Positions 47,543 through 54,568 of a stretch of DNA of 64,000 nucleotides are shown here, piece after piece. The notes beneath the pieces are model-generated. The model did no database searches, was not told the origin of the DNA, and was given only the letters and a program-made list of their open reading frames with translations. How positions within the stretch are numbered: position 1 is the first letter of the stretch; every line of letters begins with the position of its first letter. The stretch is from a virus: IMG/VR virus record IMGVR_UViG_3300038427_000078. The stretch is one strand, 5' to 3'. Position numbers and translations under genes: made by a program.

Positions 47543-47693
47543 TTGAGGCCGTGACCTCCGGGTAAGAAGCGCGGGGAGCGTCAGTCTTAGGTTGTCCAGG
47601 GTCTAAATTTGCGCCTGGCTGAGCAGCGGAGACTACATAACCGGCTCGCCTCACTTTCGTACTTTTCTTTCGGGTACGACAAGGTAATGTGTA

Positions 47694-48101
47694 ATGGTAT
47701 GTGCTACCTGTAAAGAAGAGAAGGACTTGGACGAGTTCCATGCTGGTGCTCGCGTGTGTAAAGGCTGCAAGAAGGATGCCGATGCTCGCTCGTTTCAGAA
47801 GCATCGGGAGGCTCGTCTAGAAAAGCGCCGACAGGATCGCCTCGCAGCACGCGAATGGTTTGAGTCCTTGAAGGCAGGAAAGAAGTGTGCCGACTGTGAT
47901 CTGGATCATCCTCCGTGGAGGATGGATTGGGATCACCTTCCAGGCACAGAAAAGCTCTTTGAGATAGCCGATGTCAGCCACATGGCAACGGGAGAGAAGG
48001 GCAAGCGGAAGATACTGGACGAGATTGCCAAGTGCGAGCTTGTCTGTGCCAACTGTCATCGAGACAGAACGCACGACCGCCGACGGGGAGTGGCCCTGTA
48101 A
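47694..48101 (+). CDS. HNH endonuclease
   Basis: 'CADC...MDWDH...KCELVCANCHRDRT'. Confidence 0.9.
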   Translation: MVCATCKEEKDLDEFHAGARVCKGCKKDADARSFQKHREARLEKRRQDRLAAREWFESLKAGKKCADCDLDHPPWRMDWDHLPGTEKLFEIADVSHMATGEKGKRKILDEIAKCELVCANCHRDRTHDRRRGVAL

Positions 48102-48126
48102 CTCGGTTCGACTCCGAGTGTTGGCT
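48102..48126 (+). pseudogene. 3' tRNA fragment (Thr-like)
   Basis: CTCGG-TTCGACT-CCGAG-TGTTGGC-T. Confidence 0.7.
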
Positions 48127-48171
48127 TCCATGGCAGACGAGGAGGCAAGCCCTCTCTTGACTCTGCCGCCA

Positions 48172-48244
48172 GGGGGATTGGTGTAAACGGCAATCATGAT
48201 CGGCTCCAACCCGATTGATCAGGGTTCGAATCCTTGATCCCCCG
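48172..48244 (+). tRNA. tRNA-Trp(CCA)
   Basis: ATCGG-CTCCAAC-CCGAT. Confidence 0.88.
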
Positions 48245-48342
48245 CTGTAGCAGACGTGCTACCCGGCCAGGGGATCTACCTGGTGCAGGCCAATGCTGCC
48301 AGCCCACGCCAGTCGAAACGCTGTCCTGTGGCTGGCCTACCT

Positions 48343-48379
48343 GGTGTCTTAGCTCAGATGGTTAGAGCGCTGCCCTGTC
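48343..48379 (+). pseudogene. 5' half of tRNA-Asp(GUC)
   Basis: GGTGTCT-TA-GCTC-AGATGGTTA-GAGC-G-CTGCC-CT-GTC, no T arm follows. Confidence 0.8.
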
Positions 48380-48429
48380 TAGTAGACCACTGGCCTTCAA
48401 GGGCGGTGGTATCGGCTAGGTAATAGCTG

Positions 48430-48846
48430 ATGGCAACTACCAAGGACAAGGGCGACCTCGCTGAGCTACGCATCGCATCAGACTTGATGCGGCAAGGATA
48501 CAAGGTAGCTATTCCCTTCGGTGACAATTGGGACTTCGACCTGATCCTGTACCGCGATGGGTTCGAGAGGGTCCAGGTCAAGTACGCTCAGTCAGACGGT
48601 GAGAAGGTCGAGGTCAAGGCGGTAAGCTACTCGACCAACAAAGGTCTGACCATCTCAGCGAAACAGTACACCGCTGCTGAGATTGACTGGCTTGCGGTGT
48701 ACGATGTGACCACCGACGAATGCTTCTACGTGCCAGCTAGCGAGCTTGGCGACGGGATGAGGATGGTGACGCTCAGGTATAAGCCTGCGCGTAACAACCA
48801 GACCAAGGGCATCCGGTGGACGAAGGACTATGGGTCCGTAGCGTAG
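48430..48846 (+). CDS. PD-(D/E)xK homing endonuclease (I-Ssp6803I-like family)
   Basis: 'KGDLAE...GYKVAIPFGDN.DFDLI...RVQVK...Y...EID..AVY'. Confidence 0.85.
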   Translation: MATTKDKGDLAELRIASDLMRQGYKVAIPFGDNWDFDLILYRDGFERVQVKYAQSDGEKVEVKAVSYSTNKGLTISAKQYTAAEIDWLAVYDVTTDECFYVPASELGDGMRMVTLRYKPARNNQTKGIRWTKDYGSVA

Positions 48847-48905
48847 TGGTCTAACGCGCCTCCCTGTCAAGGAGGAGAACGGGGGTTCGAATCCCCTCGG
48901 TCCCG
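48832..48905 (+). tRNA. tRNA-Asp(GUC)
   Basis: CCTCC-CTGTCAA-GGAGG; overlaps the endonuclease stop codon. Confidence 0.9.
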
Positions 48906-48927
48906 CTCAACAACGAAGCGGAGAATC

Positions 48928-49074
48928 ATGAAGCTCAGTAAGCTCAGTAAGCTAAGTCGTACATCCGAATTGCTCCCGTATCTTGAATCCGTTGAGCATT
49001 ACGCCAACGCTGCCGTATACCACGGCACCTTCGAGGGCGAACAGTTCACGTTGACCTTTACCTTCGGCCCTTGA
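48928..49074 (+). CDS. Small protein (48 aa) with N-terminal KLS tandem repeat
   Basis: GGAG RBS; (AAGCTCAGT)x2 + AAGCTAAGT. Confidence 0.45.
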   Translation: MKLSKLSKLSRTSELLPYLESVEHYANAAVYHGTFEGEQFTLTFTFGP

Positions 49075-49118
49075 CTCGTCGCTTGACTTCTAGTCGTGGA
49101 CCGTGTAGACTACGGTCC

Positions 49119-49586
49119 ATGAACCTACTAAAGACACTTCCTGTCGTGCTGCTCGTAGCCCTTGCTGGATGCGGAGCAGTTACCAAAGCACCTGCCAAAG
49201 CACCTGCCCCGCACCCTAGTCTCCCCAAGGTGGTCAAGGTCACGGCGCAACCGACCACGACGACACCGGAACCCAGGCCCAGGCCCAAGCCTAGACCTGC
49301 GGTGGTAGTTCCTGTGCCTACTCCTACGCCTACATACCCGACATGCGATGGCGGACCCGTTGAATGCGGGAAGGCATCGGCAGCACCGACACGGGAAGAA
49401 AGTCTGCAACAGCACTACCGCGAAACCGGAGGCTGCGGTGGGGAAGGAGAGGCTGAATGTCCCGCCCACGGAGAAGGCAGCGGAGAAAATAGCGTCAACA
49501 GCACGGGTGAATCGCGTGCCTGTGCAGAAGAACGTAGTGAATACACAAGTGGCGAGAGGTCTAGTCTCCGCGTTGGCTGTCGATAA
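49119..49586 (+). CDS. Pro-rich lipoprotein
   Basis: Lipobox 'VVLLVALAGC'; TTGACT...TAGACT promoter, leaderless. Confidence 0.7.
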   Translation: MNLLKTLPVVLLVALAGCGAVTKAPAKAPAPHPSLPKVVKVTAQPTTTTPEPRPRPKPRPAVVVPVPTPTPTYPTCDGGPVECGKASAAPTREESLQQHYRETGGCGGEGEAECPAHGEGSGENSVNSTGESRACAEERSEYTSGERSSLRVGCR

Positions 49587-49626
49587 GTCAAGGCGGAGGT
49601 CGCGGGTTCGAGTCCCGTCGTTGTCG
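49587..49626 (+). pseudogene. 3' half of tRNA-Asp(GUC)
   Basis: GTC-AA-GGCGG-AGGTC-GCGGG-TTCGAGT-CCCGT-CGTTGTC-G. Confidence 0.8.
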
Positions 49627-49639
49627 CTCGCAGTACAAC

Positions 49640-49711
49640 GCGCTGGTAGCTCATTGGCAGAGCAATCGGTTTACACCCGATGTGTATGGGGTTCGATTCC
49701 CTGGTGGCGCA
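49640..49711 (+). tRNA. tRNA-Val(UAC)
   Basis: ATCGG-TTTACAC-CCGAT; weak acceptor stem. Confidence 0.8.
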
Positions 49712-49758
49712 TAGATGTCAAGTAGCTCTGTAGGCGCAGGGGGGTGCGACATCTTTGA

Positions 49759-49831
49759 GGGCGATTAGCTCAGTTGGGAGAGCGCCGTCGCGACATGGCG
49801 GAAGTCACTGGTTCGAGTCCAGTATTGCCCA
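49759..49831 (+). tRNA. tRNA-Val(GAC)
   Basis: CCGTC-GCGACAT-GGCGG (C33). Confidence 0.85.
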
Positions 49832-50020
49832 CTCTCCTGTCACCTAATTGGTGGCAGGGAATGCAAACCCACGACCAGCGTAAGAAAGGATGGTGATCCA
49901 GAAATCTACCTTGTAGACAGATGGTCGCCGTCCACAGTTGGTCGGCACTAAGTCGTTGGGGGAGGGTGAGGGCCGCTGGCTCTTAGCCCTCCCTCCGAGG
50001 TTCTTCGGAGCCTCACCCAT

Positions 50021-50417
50021 GGGCCTTTCCCGGTAATCGATTGGGTAGGTTCGGCAGTATGTCATGCAGCGGTCGTCACACCTACCTGACAAAAGCCATA
50101 ACTGGCAACGCAACAGACACGCTCGCAATCCCCGCATCTCTCTTCGAGGTTCGGGCTAGCGACGTACTCGCTGTAGCCTAAGAAGCTACAAGCCGGGACC
50201 AGCCGAGTATCCTGGGAACAGAAACCTCGGAGGGCAGTGAGCGCCATGCCCTTGACGTGCAGAGTACCGTTGTAGTTACACCGCAAGGTGTTGGTAGCAC
50301 CCCGCGCGTTCCCGGACGTATAACCGGGTGGTGGAGGCGGGCCATGCCTGTCCCAAAGCTGCTAGAAGTGACGCCTGTACGAGACTCAAGACGGCAGTTC
50401 GACTCTGCCAAGGTCCA
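50021..50417 (+). ncRNA. ssrA: tmRNA
   Basis: Acceptor GGGCCTT/AAGGTCC-A with G3:U70; T arm GGCAG-TTCGACT-CTGCC; ATAACT then tag ORF 50104-50181 GNATDTLAIPASLFEVRASDVLAVA*. Confidence 0.92.
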
Positions 50418-50451
50418 CTAAAACAAGGTCCATCCGTGCTAGAATAGATGG

Positions 50452-50889
50452 ATGGGCAGAGAGCAAAGACGAGCAAAGCAATTGGGTATGCCGCATGGCA
50501 CAGCCATGCACCGCTTGCGTAAACGAGTGATGTTTTCACTAGCTCAGGAGTTGCACTTGGATCAGTGCATCGTGTGTAAGAGGATGATCGAAGATGCTGA
50601 CGACCTTAGCATCGAGCACATCCAGCCGTGGGAGGGCCGAGACACGTCCCTGTTTTGGGACATCACTAACATCGCTTTCTCTCATCGCTGGTGCAACCAA
50701 CCTCATACGCGACCGGGCAAGCCTCCGGTTCATGACCTCAAGCCCGACATGTGGTGGTGCTCCCACTGCGAACAAGAACTTCCGCTTGATCGATTCGGCC
50801 TCAAGACAGTGACAAGTGGAGCTAAACGACCACGAAACTACTGCAACAAATGCCGTACCGAACGTAAAGCAATGGGCCTCTCGGCCTAG
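50452..50889 (+). CDS. HNH endonuclease
   Basis: 'CIVC...SIEHIQPW...NIAFSHRWCN' plus C-terminal Zn finger. Confidence 0.85.
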   Translation: MGREQRRAKQLGMPHGTAMHRLRKRVMFSLAQELHLDQCIVCKRMIEDADDLSIEHIQPWEGRDTSLFWDITNIAFSHRWCNQPHTRPGKPPVHDLKPDMWWCSHCEQELPLDRFGLKTVTSGAKRPRNYCNKCRTERKAMGLSA

Positions 50890-51056
50890 TCCACTTGACA
50901 AGCCGGAGAAGACGTGCTAAGCTCCCGGCATGGAACAAGACAAAAACGGAAACCTGATCTGCAACGTCTGTGGACAGGATTGGGCAAGCCAACACACCAT
51001 CGGGGCAACTGCCTCCAACCTCCCAGGAAGCCAAGTCAACCAAAGGAAGGCAAGTG

Positions 51057-51359
51057 ATGGGCTACTACATCGAGACACCCCTCCCGCTCGCGAAGGCACT
51101 TCAACTCGAAGAGCTTCACGGTGCGGAGCCGTACTCGGGTACGTTCGAGGACGTACCGGAGGGCAAGGTCGTAGTCGCAGTGGTACAGAACGGTCTGTTC
51201 GACGCCGCTGGCATCTGCTACGACGAGAACGAGTTCAAGGCATTCACCGCTGACCCAAGCGACACCAGGCCGAAAGACCTGTTGACGCTGGACAAGGACA
51301 CCGCCCTACGGCTGTGCCCGCACGCAGCGGAGGTACTTGGAGAGGACGTGGCTACCTGA
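51057..51359 (+). CDS. Hypothetical protein
   Basis: AAGGAAGG RBS; 'VVQNGLFDAAGICYD..EF..F'. Confidence 0.6.
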   Translation: MGYYIETPLPLAKALQLEELHGAEPYSGTFEDVPEGKVVVAVVQNGLFDAAGICYDENEFKAFTADPSDTRPKDLLTLDKDTALRLCPHAAEVLGEDVAT

Positions 51360-51565
51360 TGCCCGTCCTTTTCTTCATCATCGCAGGCATCATCCTGATC
51401 GCCAACTCGGGCTGGTTCCACGGAGCAGACATCGTTGGCATCGTCCTGCTCGTCTTTGGCGGGCTTGGACTTGTCCTCTGGCTCGTCGCTGCGAAATTCG
51501 CACGGAGCATCATCAAAGAGGTCAAAGGACCAGGGACACCCCGGCATCCCCGGAGGTTCCGCTAA
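51359..51565 (+). CDS. Small membrane protein
   Basis: Two hydrophobic segments, basic tail. Confidence 0.6.
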   Translation: MPVLFFIIAGIILIANSGWFHGADIVGIVLLVFGGLGLVLWLVAAKFARSIIKEVKGPGTPRHPRRFR

Positions 51566-51572
51566 GTTGTTC

Positions 51573-51645
51573 GCCCTTGTAGCTCAGAGGATAGAGCATC
51601 GGTTTCCTAAACCGTGTGTCGCGGGTTCGATTCCCTCCGGTGCCA
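51573..51645 (+). tRNA. tRNA-Arg(CCU), chimeric/possibly pseudo
   Basis: TCGGT-TTCCTAA-ACCGT; 3' acceptor strand does not pair. Confidence 0.6.
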
Positions 51646-51661
51646 TGGTATACTGTTGGGT

Positions 51662-52003
51662 ATGAGTGATCAAGACCTAACAGAGCAGCAAGTAGTGGCT
51701 GCGGAGGCCGGTGTCGGAGACAGCATACAGGCCATCGCGGACCGCGCAGTCAAGGCCGTCGAGGTACTGGACTTGAGCGAGGGCGATGTTCTCGTAGTCA
51801 AGCTCGGCATCGATGACATGGGTGACGGACTCCCACCGTGGATTCCGGGACCAGCGGAGCTAGAGCAGGTGTCAGATGCCTTGACCGCGACAGTGCCAGA
51901 GGGCGTACGGGTGCTAGTTCACCACCTGGGAATCAACTTCCAGATCGTACGCGGCCTCGACACCAGTAACCCGGTCGTAGTCGAATCGCTGCCAACAGAG
52001 TAA
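51662..52003 (+). CDS. Hypothetical protein
   Basis: TGGTATACT -10 then ATG. Confidence 0.6.
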   Translation: MSDQDLTEQQVVAAEAGVGDSIQAIADRAVKAVEVLDLSEGDVLVVKLGIDDMGDGLPPWIPGPAELEQVSDALTATVPEGVRVLVHHLGINFQIVRGLDTSNPVVVESLPTE

Positions 52004-52006
52004 CAC

Positions 52007-52081
52007 GCGGGAATAGCTCAGCCAGGTTAGAGCACTTCTCTGATAAGGAAGGGGTCAGAGGTTCAAATCCTCTTTTCCGCA
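52007..52081 (+). tRNA. tRNA-Ile(GAU)
   Basis: CTTCT-CTGATAA-GGAAG. Confidence 0.9.
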
Positions 52082-52166
52082 TCGCAGGAAAATCGGTCCT
52101 GAAAAATTAGGGTCGGCGCTCAGAAAAATTTTGCGCCAACTTCTCAGGCGAGATTAGCCTAATTAC

Positions 52167-52241
52167 GCCCAAGTGACGGGAATTGGCATACCTGGCAAGC
52201 TCAAACCTTGTCGTTTGTGGGTTCGACTCCCACTTTGGGCA
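52167..52241 (+). tRNA. tRNA-Leu(CAA), short variable arm
   Basis: GCAAG-CTCAAAC-CTTGT. Confidence 0.85.
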
Positions 52242-52273
52242 CTTTTTGTCGAACCTTCTGACACGTAATATAC

Positions 52274-52606
52274 GTGGCATACAAGGATCCTCAGAAGCAG
52301 AAAGAAGCACAGCATCGGTCATATCTGCGTAACAAAGAGATAATCCTCAGGCGCAGTTCTGATCGCATCAAAGAGCTTCGACGCAAAGTGCGAGAGTACA
52401 AGGAGGAGCGTGGTTGTAGCGCGTGCGGGTACAACAAATACGGTGGGGCTATCGATGCTCATCACCCAAACGGCAAGGATAACCAAGAACAGTGCATTGC
52501 CCGTTTGTGCAAACGGGCCTTTCCGTGGGAGACAATCCTTGCGGAGCTTGAGAAGTGCATTCTTCTCTGTTCCAACTGTCATCGCGAGCACCATCGCGGT
52601 GAGTAG
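52274..52606 (+). CDS. HNH endonuclease
   Basis: 'GCSACG...IDAHH...ELEKCILLCSNCHREHH'. Confidence 0.9.
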   Translation: MAYKDPQKQKEAQHRSYLRNKEIILRRSSDRIKELRRKVREYKEERGCSACGYNKYGGAIDAHHPNGKDNQEQCIARLCKRAFPWETILAELEKCILLCSNCHREHHRGE

Positions 52607-52784
52607 CATAACGCGCTATACTGGAAATATGGGACCAGACAAATGTGGCGCAGAAGTCGGACTTTTGGCAAGATGCCAAAGACCGGCGAATCACGACGGA
52701 GAGCACTCAGGGCCGATTTTCGTCCCTCAGTGGATTACCTATTTGGGCGAGGGTGACGAGATTCCTCGCAGTCAGTACCAATCG

Positions 52785-52856
52785 TGCGGAGTGGAGCAAC
52801 GGTAGCTCGCAAGGCCCATAACCTTGAGGTAGGAAGTTCGACTCTTCCCTCCGCTA
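52785..52856 (+). tRNA. tRNA-Met(CAU), initiator-like
   Basis: CAAGG-CCCATAA-CCTTG; 1:72 mismatch. Confidence 0.85.
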
Positions 52857-52868
52857 TAGCAGTACAAT

Positions 52869-52940
52869 TCCGGGTTCGTCTAATCGGCAGGATGTCTGGT
52901 TCTGAGCCAGATGGTCAGGGTTCGAATCCTTGACCCGGAG
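52869..52940 (+). tRNA. tRNA-Gln(CUG)
   Basis: TCTGG-TTCTGAG-CCAGA. Confidence 0.9.
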
Positions 52941-53002
52941 CTTTGGCAGTAGAAGGCGAACAGCGCTTAGAGCGGGTTCGTGGGATCCCGCGCTGTCAAC
53001 AT

Positions 53003-53073
53003 TGGGGGTTCGTTCAACGGCAGGACAGCGGGCCTTGAACCCGCGAATCGGGGTTCGAATCCCTGACCCCCAG
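53003..53073 (+). tRNA. tRNA-Gln(UUG)
   Basis: GCGGG-CCTTGAA-CCCGC (C33). Confidence 0.88.
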
Positions 53074-53155
53074 CTAGCAAGGCAAGGAGCCGGTAGGCGT
53101 GTGCTACCGGACCAGAACGAGGCGTCACTGCACGCCTACCTTGCCGCAATCTTTC

Positions 53156-53239
53156 GCCTCTCTGGTTGGAATGGTAGACACAGCGGGCCTAAACCCCGCC
53201 GATCTTCGGATCGTCCGAGTTCGACTCTCGGGAGAGGCA
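53156..53239 (+). tRNA. tRNA-Leu(UAA)
   Basis: GCGGG-CCTAAAC-CCCGC (C33); long variable arm. Confidence 0.85.
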
Positions 53240-53320
53240 TCGCGTCGGAAGCTCAAGTGCGAGCGCCGCCCATTTGGGGGCGGAGGTCGAGGGCGATTAG
53301 CTCCCCTCTCGGCGCAACAT

Positions 53321-53394
53321 GGTGGTCGTCATCTAATGGACTAGGATTCGAGGTTGTGAACCTCGCCATGCGGGTTCGATTCCCGTCGATCACC
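53321..53394 (+). tRNA. tRNA-His(GUG) with G-1
   Basis: CGAGG-TTGTGAA-CCTCG; G-1:C73. Confidence 0.9.
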
Positions 53395-53406
53395 CTGGCA
53401 GCACAA

Positions 53407-53481
53407 GCGCCACTAGCTCAGTCTGGTTAGAGCAACTGTCTTATCAACAGCGTGTCCGGGGTTCAAATCCTCGGTGGCGCA
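53407..53481 (+). tRNA. tRNA-Ile(UAU)
   Basis: ACTGT-CTTATCA-ACAGC. Confidence 0.75.
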
Positions 53482-53487
53482 CTTCAT

Positions 53488-53561
53488 GGCCCGTGGGTCT
53501 TATGGCAAGGATTCCGCGTTCTCAGCGCGTGAGATGATGGGTTCGAATCCCATACGGGCTA
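53488..53561 (+). tRNA. tRNA-Glu(CUC)
   Basis: CCGCG-TTCTCAG-CGCGT. Confidence 0.85.
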
Positions 53562-53636
53562 CTCTGTAGGTACCATTCGAATGGCTCTGCCTGCGGAACG
53601 CTTGACTTCATCGCACCCGTGCGATATGATGTCGCT

Positions 53637-54290
53637 ATGTCGAGAGCAAGAGACTGGACCCACCCAATCACCGGCGAGCTACACTGGTTCGACGTACACG
53701 GCATGGCTGGGGTCCGGGAACTCGAAGTTCTCGCAGACGCCGAAGACATCGACTTGGACGACCTGTTCGACGCGAACCTCTCTTCTAAGGAGGTTCTGTT
53801 CCGGCTCAACAAGCTCAGTGAGCTAATCCCGGAGGCGGGCCTCAACAAGCTCAAGAAACGTCAGACACAGGGCGAGCCTGAGACTTGCCGCATCTGCCCG
53901 CTACTCGGTCGGGAGTGCGAAGGTCGAATGACCAAACATCACTTCGTGCCGCGTTGGATCATGTTGGAACTGGCAGACTACGAGGTCTATGCACCGCGTA
54001 GGCTCTGCACAGTCCCGGCGTGCGCCGGGAGCCACCGTTGGCTCCACATGCGGACCGAGGAGGGATCGAAATCCATCGCTCCTTACCTCGACAAGAATGA
54101 GAAGGCACTAGCGCACCATCTCATCGGGACACTCCGTCAGGAGCGCCCCAGGATCTACGCCCTCCTCGCGGGCGGGGACAAGAACAGCTACGAGTGGCAA
54201 CTTGTTCAGGATTGGCGGCGAGGACTGTTTGATGTCAGGGGGGAAGGGAAAGATCCCTTCCCTCGCTGGCAGCTACGAAACTCTCTGTAG
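53637..54290 (+). CDS. HNH-like protein
   Basis: 'CRIC...TKHHFVPR...TVPAC...HRWLH'; TTGACT...TATGAT promoter. Confidence 0.65.
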   Translation: MSRARDWTHPITGELHWFDVHGMAGVRELEVLADAEDIDLDDLFDANLSSKEVLFRLNKLSELIPEAGLNKLKKRQTQGEPETCRICPLLGRECEGRMTKHHFVPRWIMLELADYEVYAPRRLCTVPACAGSHRWLHMRTEEGSKSIAPYLDKNEKALAHHLIGTLRQERPRIYALLAGGDKNSYEWQLVQDWRRGLFDVRGEGKDPFPRWQLRNSL

Positions 54291-54353
54291 CTCAGTGGAT
54301 AGAGCGTCCGGTTGCGATCCGGGAGGTCGGCGGTTCGAGTCCGTCCAGGGAGG
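54281..54353 (+). tRNA. tRNA-Arg(GCG)
   Basis: TCCGG-TTGCGAT-CCGGG. Confidence 0.85.
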
Positions 54354-54381
54354 TACGTTAGAACCCTGCTAAGGTGTAGAT

Positions 54382-54561
54382 ATGCCTTACGCAGATAGAG
54401 AGAAACAGGCGGCGTATCAACGCGATTGGTACCGACGCCACAAAGAGCAACATATCAACCGTATTCGTAACGAACGTCGTAAGAGGCGTGAAGTGGTCAA
54501 CGAATACAAGCTCTCAAGAGGGTGTAACCGATCGCGGGTTCGATTCCCGCATAGTGCTTAG
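54382..54561 (+). pseudogene. Truncated HNH gene fused to a tRNA 3' fragment
   Basis: MPYADREKQ...VNEYKLSRGC resembles the 52274 N-terminus, then GCGGG-TTCGATT-CCCGC-ATAGTGC. Confidence 0.7.
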
Positions 54562-54568
54562 ATCAAAC

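Noticed and set aside
48380-48429. Group I intron in the tRNA-Asp anticodon
   Set aside because: Only ~50 nt precede the ORF and no P7/catalytic core is visible on either side.
49860-49945. Second RNase P-like fragment (AAACCCACGACCAG; AGACAGATGGTCGCC)
   Set aside because: No CR-I/CR-V or P4; the bases are explained by a local hairpin.
46153-52241. Leu tRNAs lacking the long variable arm
   Set aside because: Short-arm Leu tRNAs are, to my knowledge, already known in actinobacteria, so they are kept as features only.
53156-53239. Possible amber suppressor (CUA) reading of loop CCTAAAC
   Set aside because: The 5-bp stem fixes a 7-nt loop with UAA at 34-36, the body is Leu-type, and TAG is used as a normal stop throughout the window.
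53291-53303. GGGCGATTAGCTC identical to the tRNA-Val(GAC) 5' end
   Set aside because: Only 13 nt with no remaining arms; too short to call.
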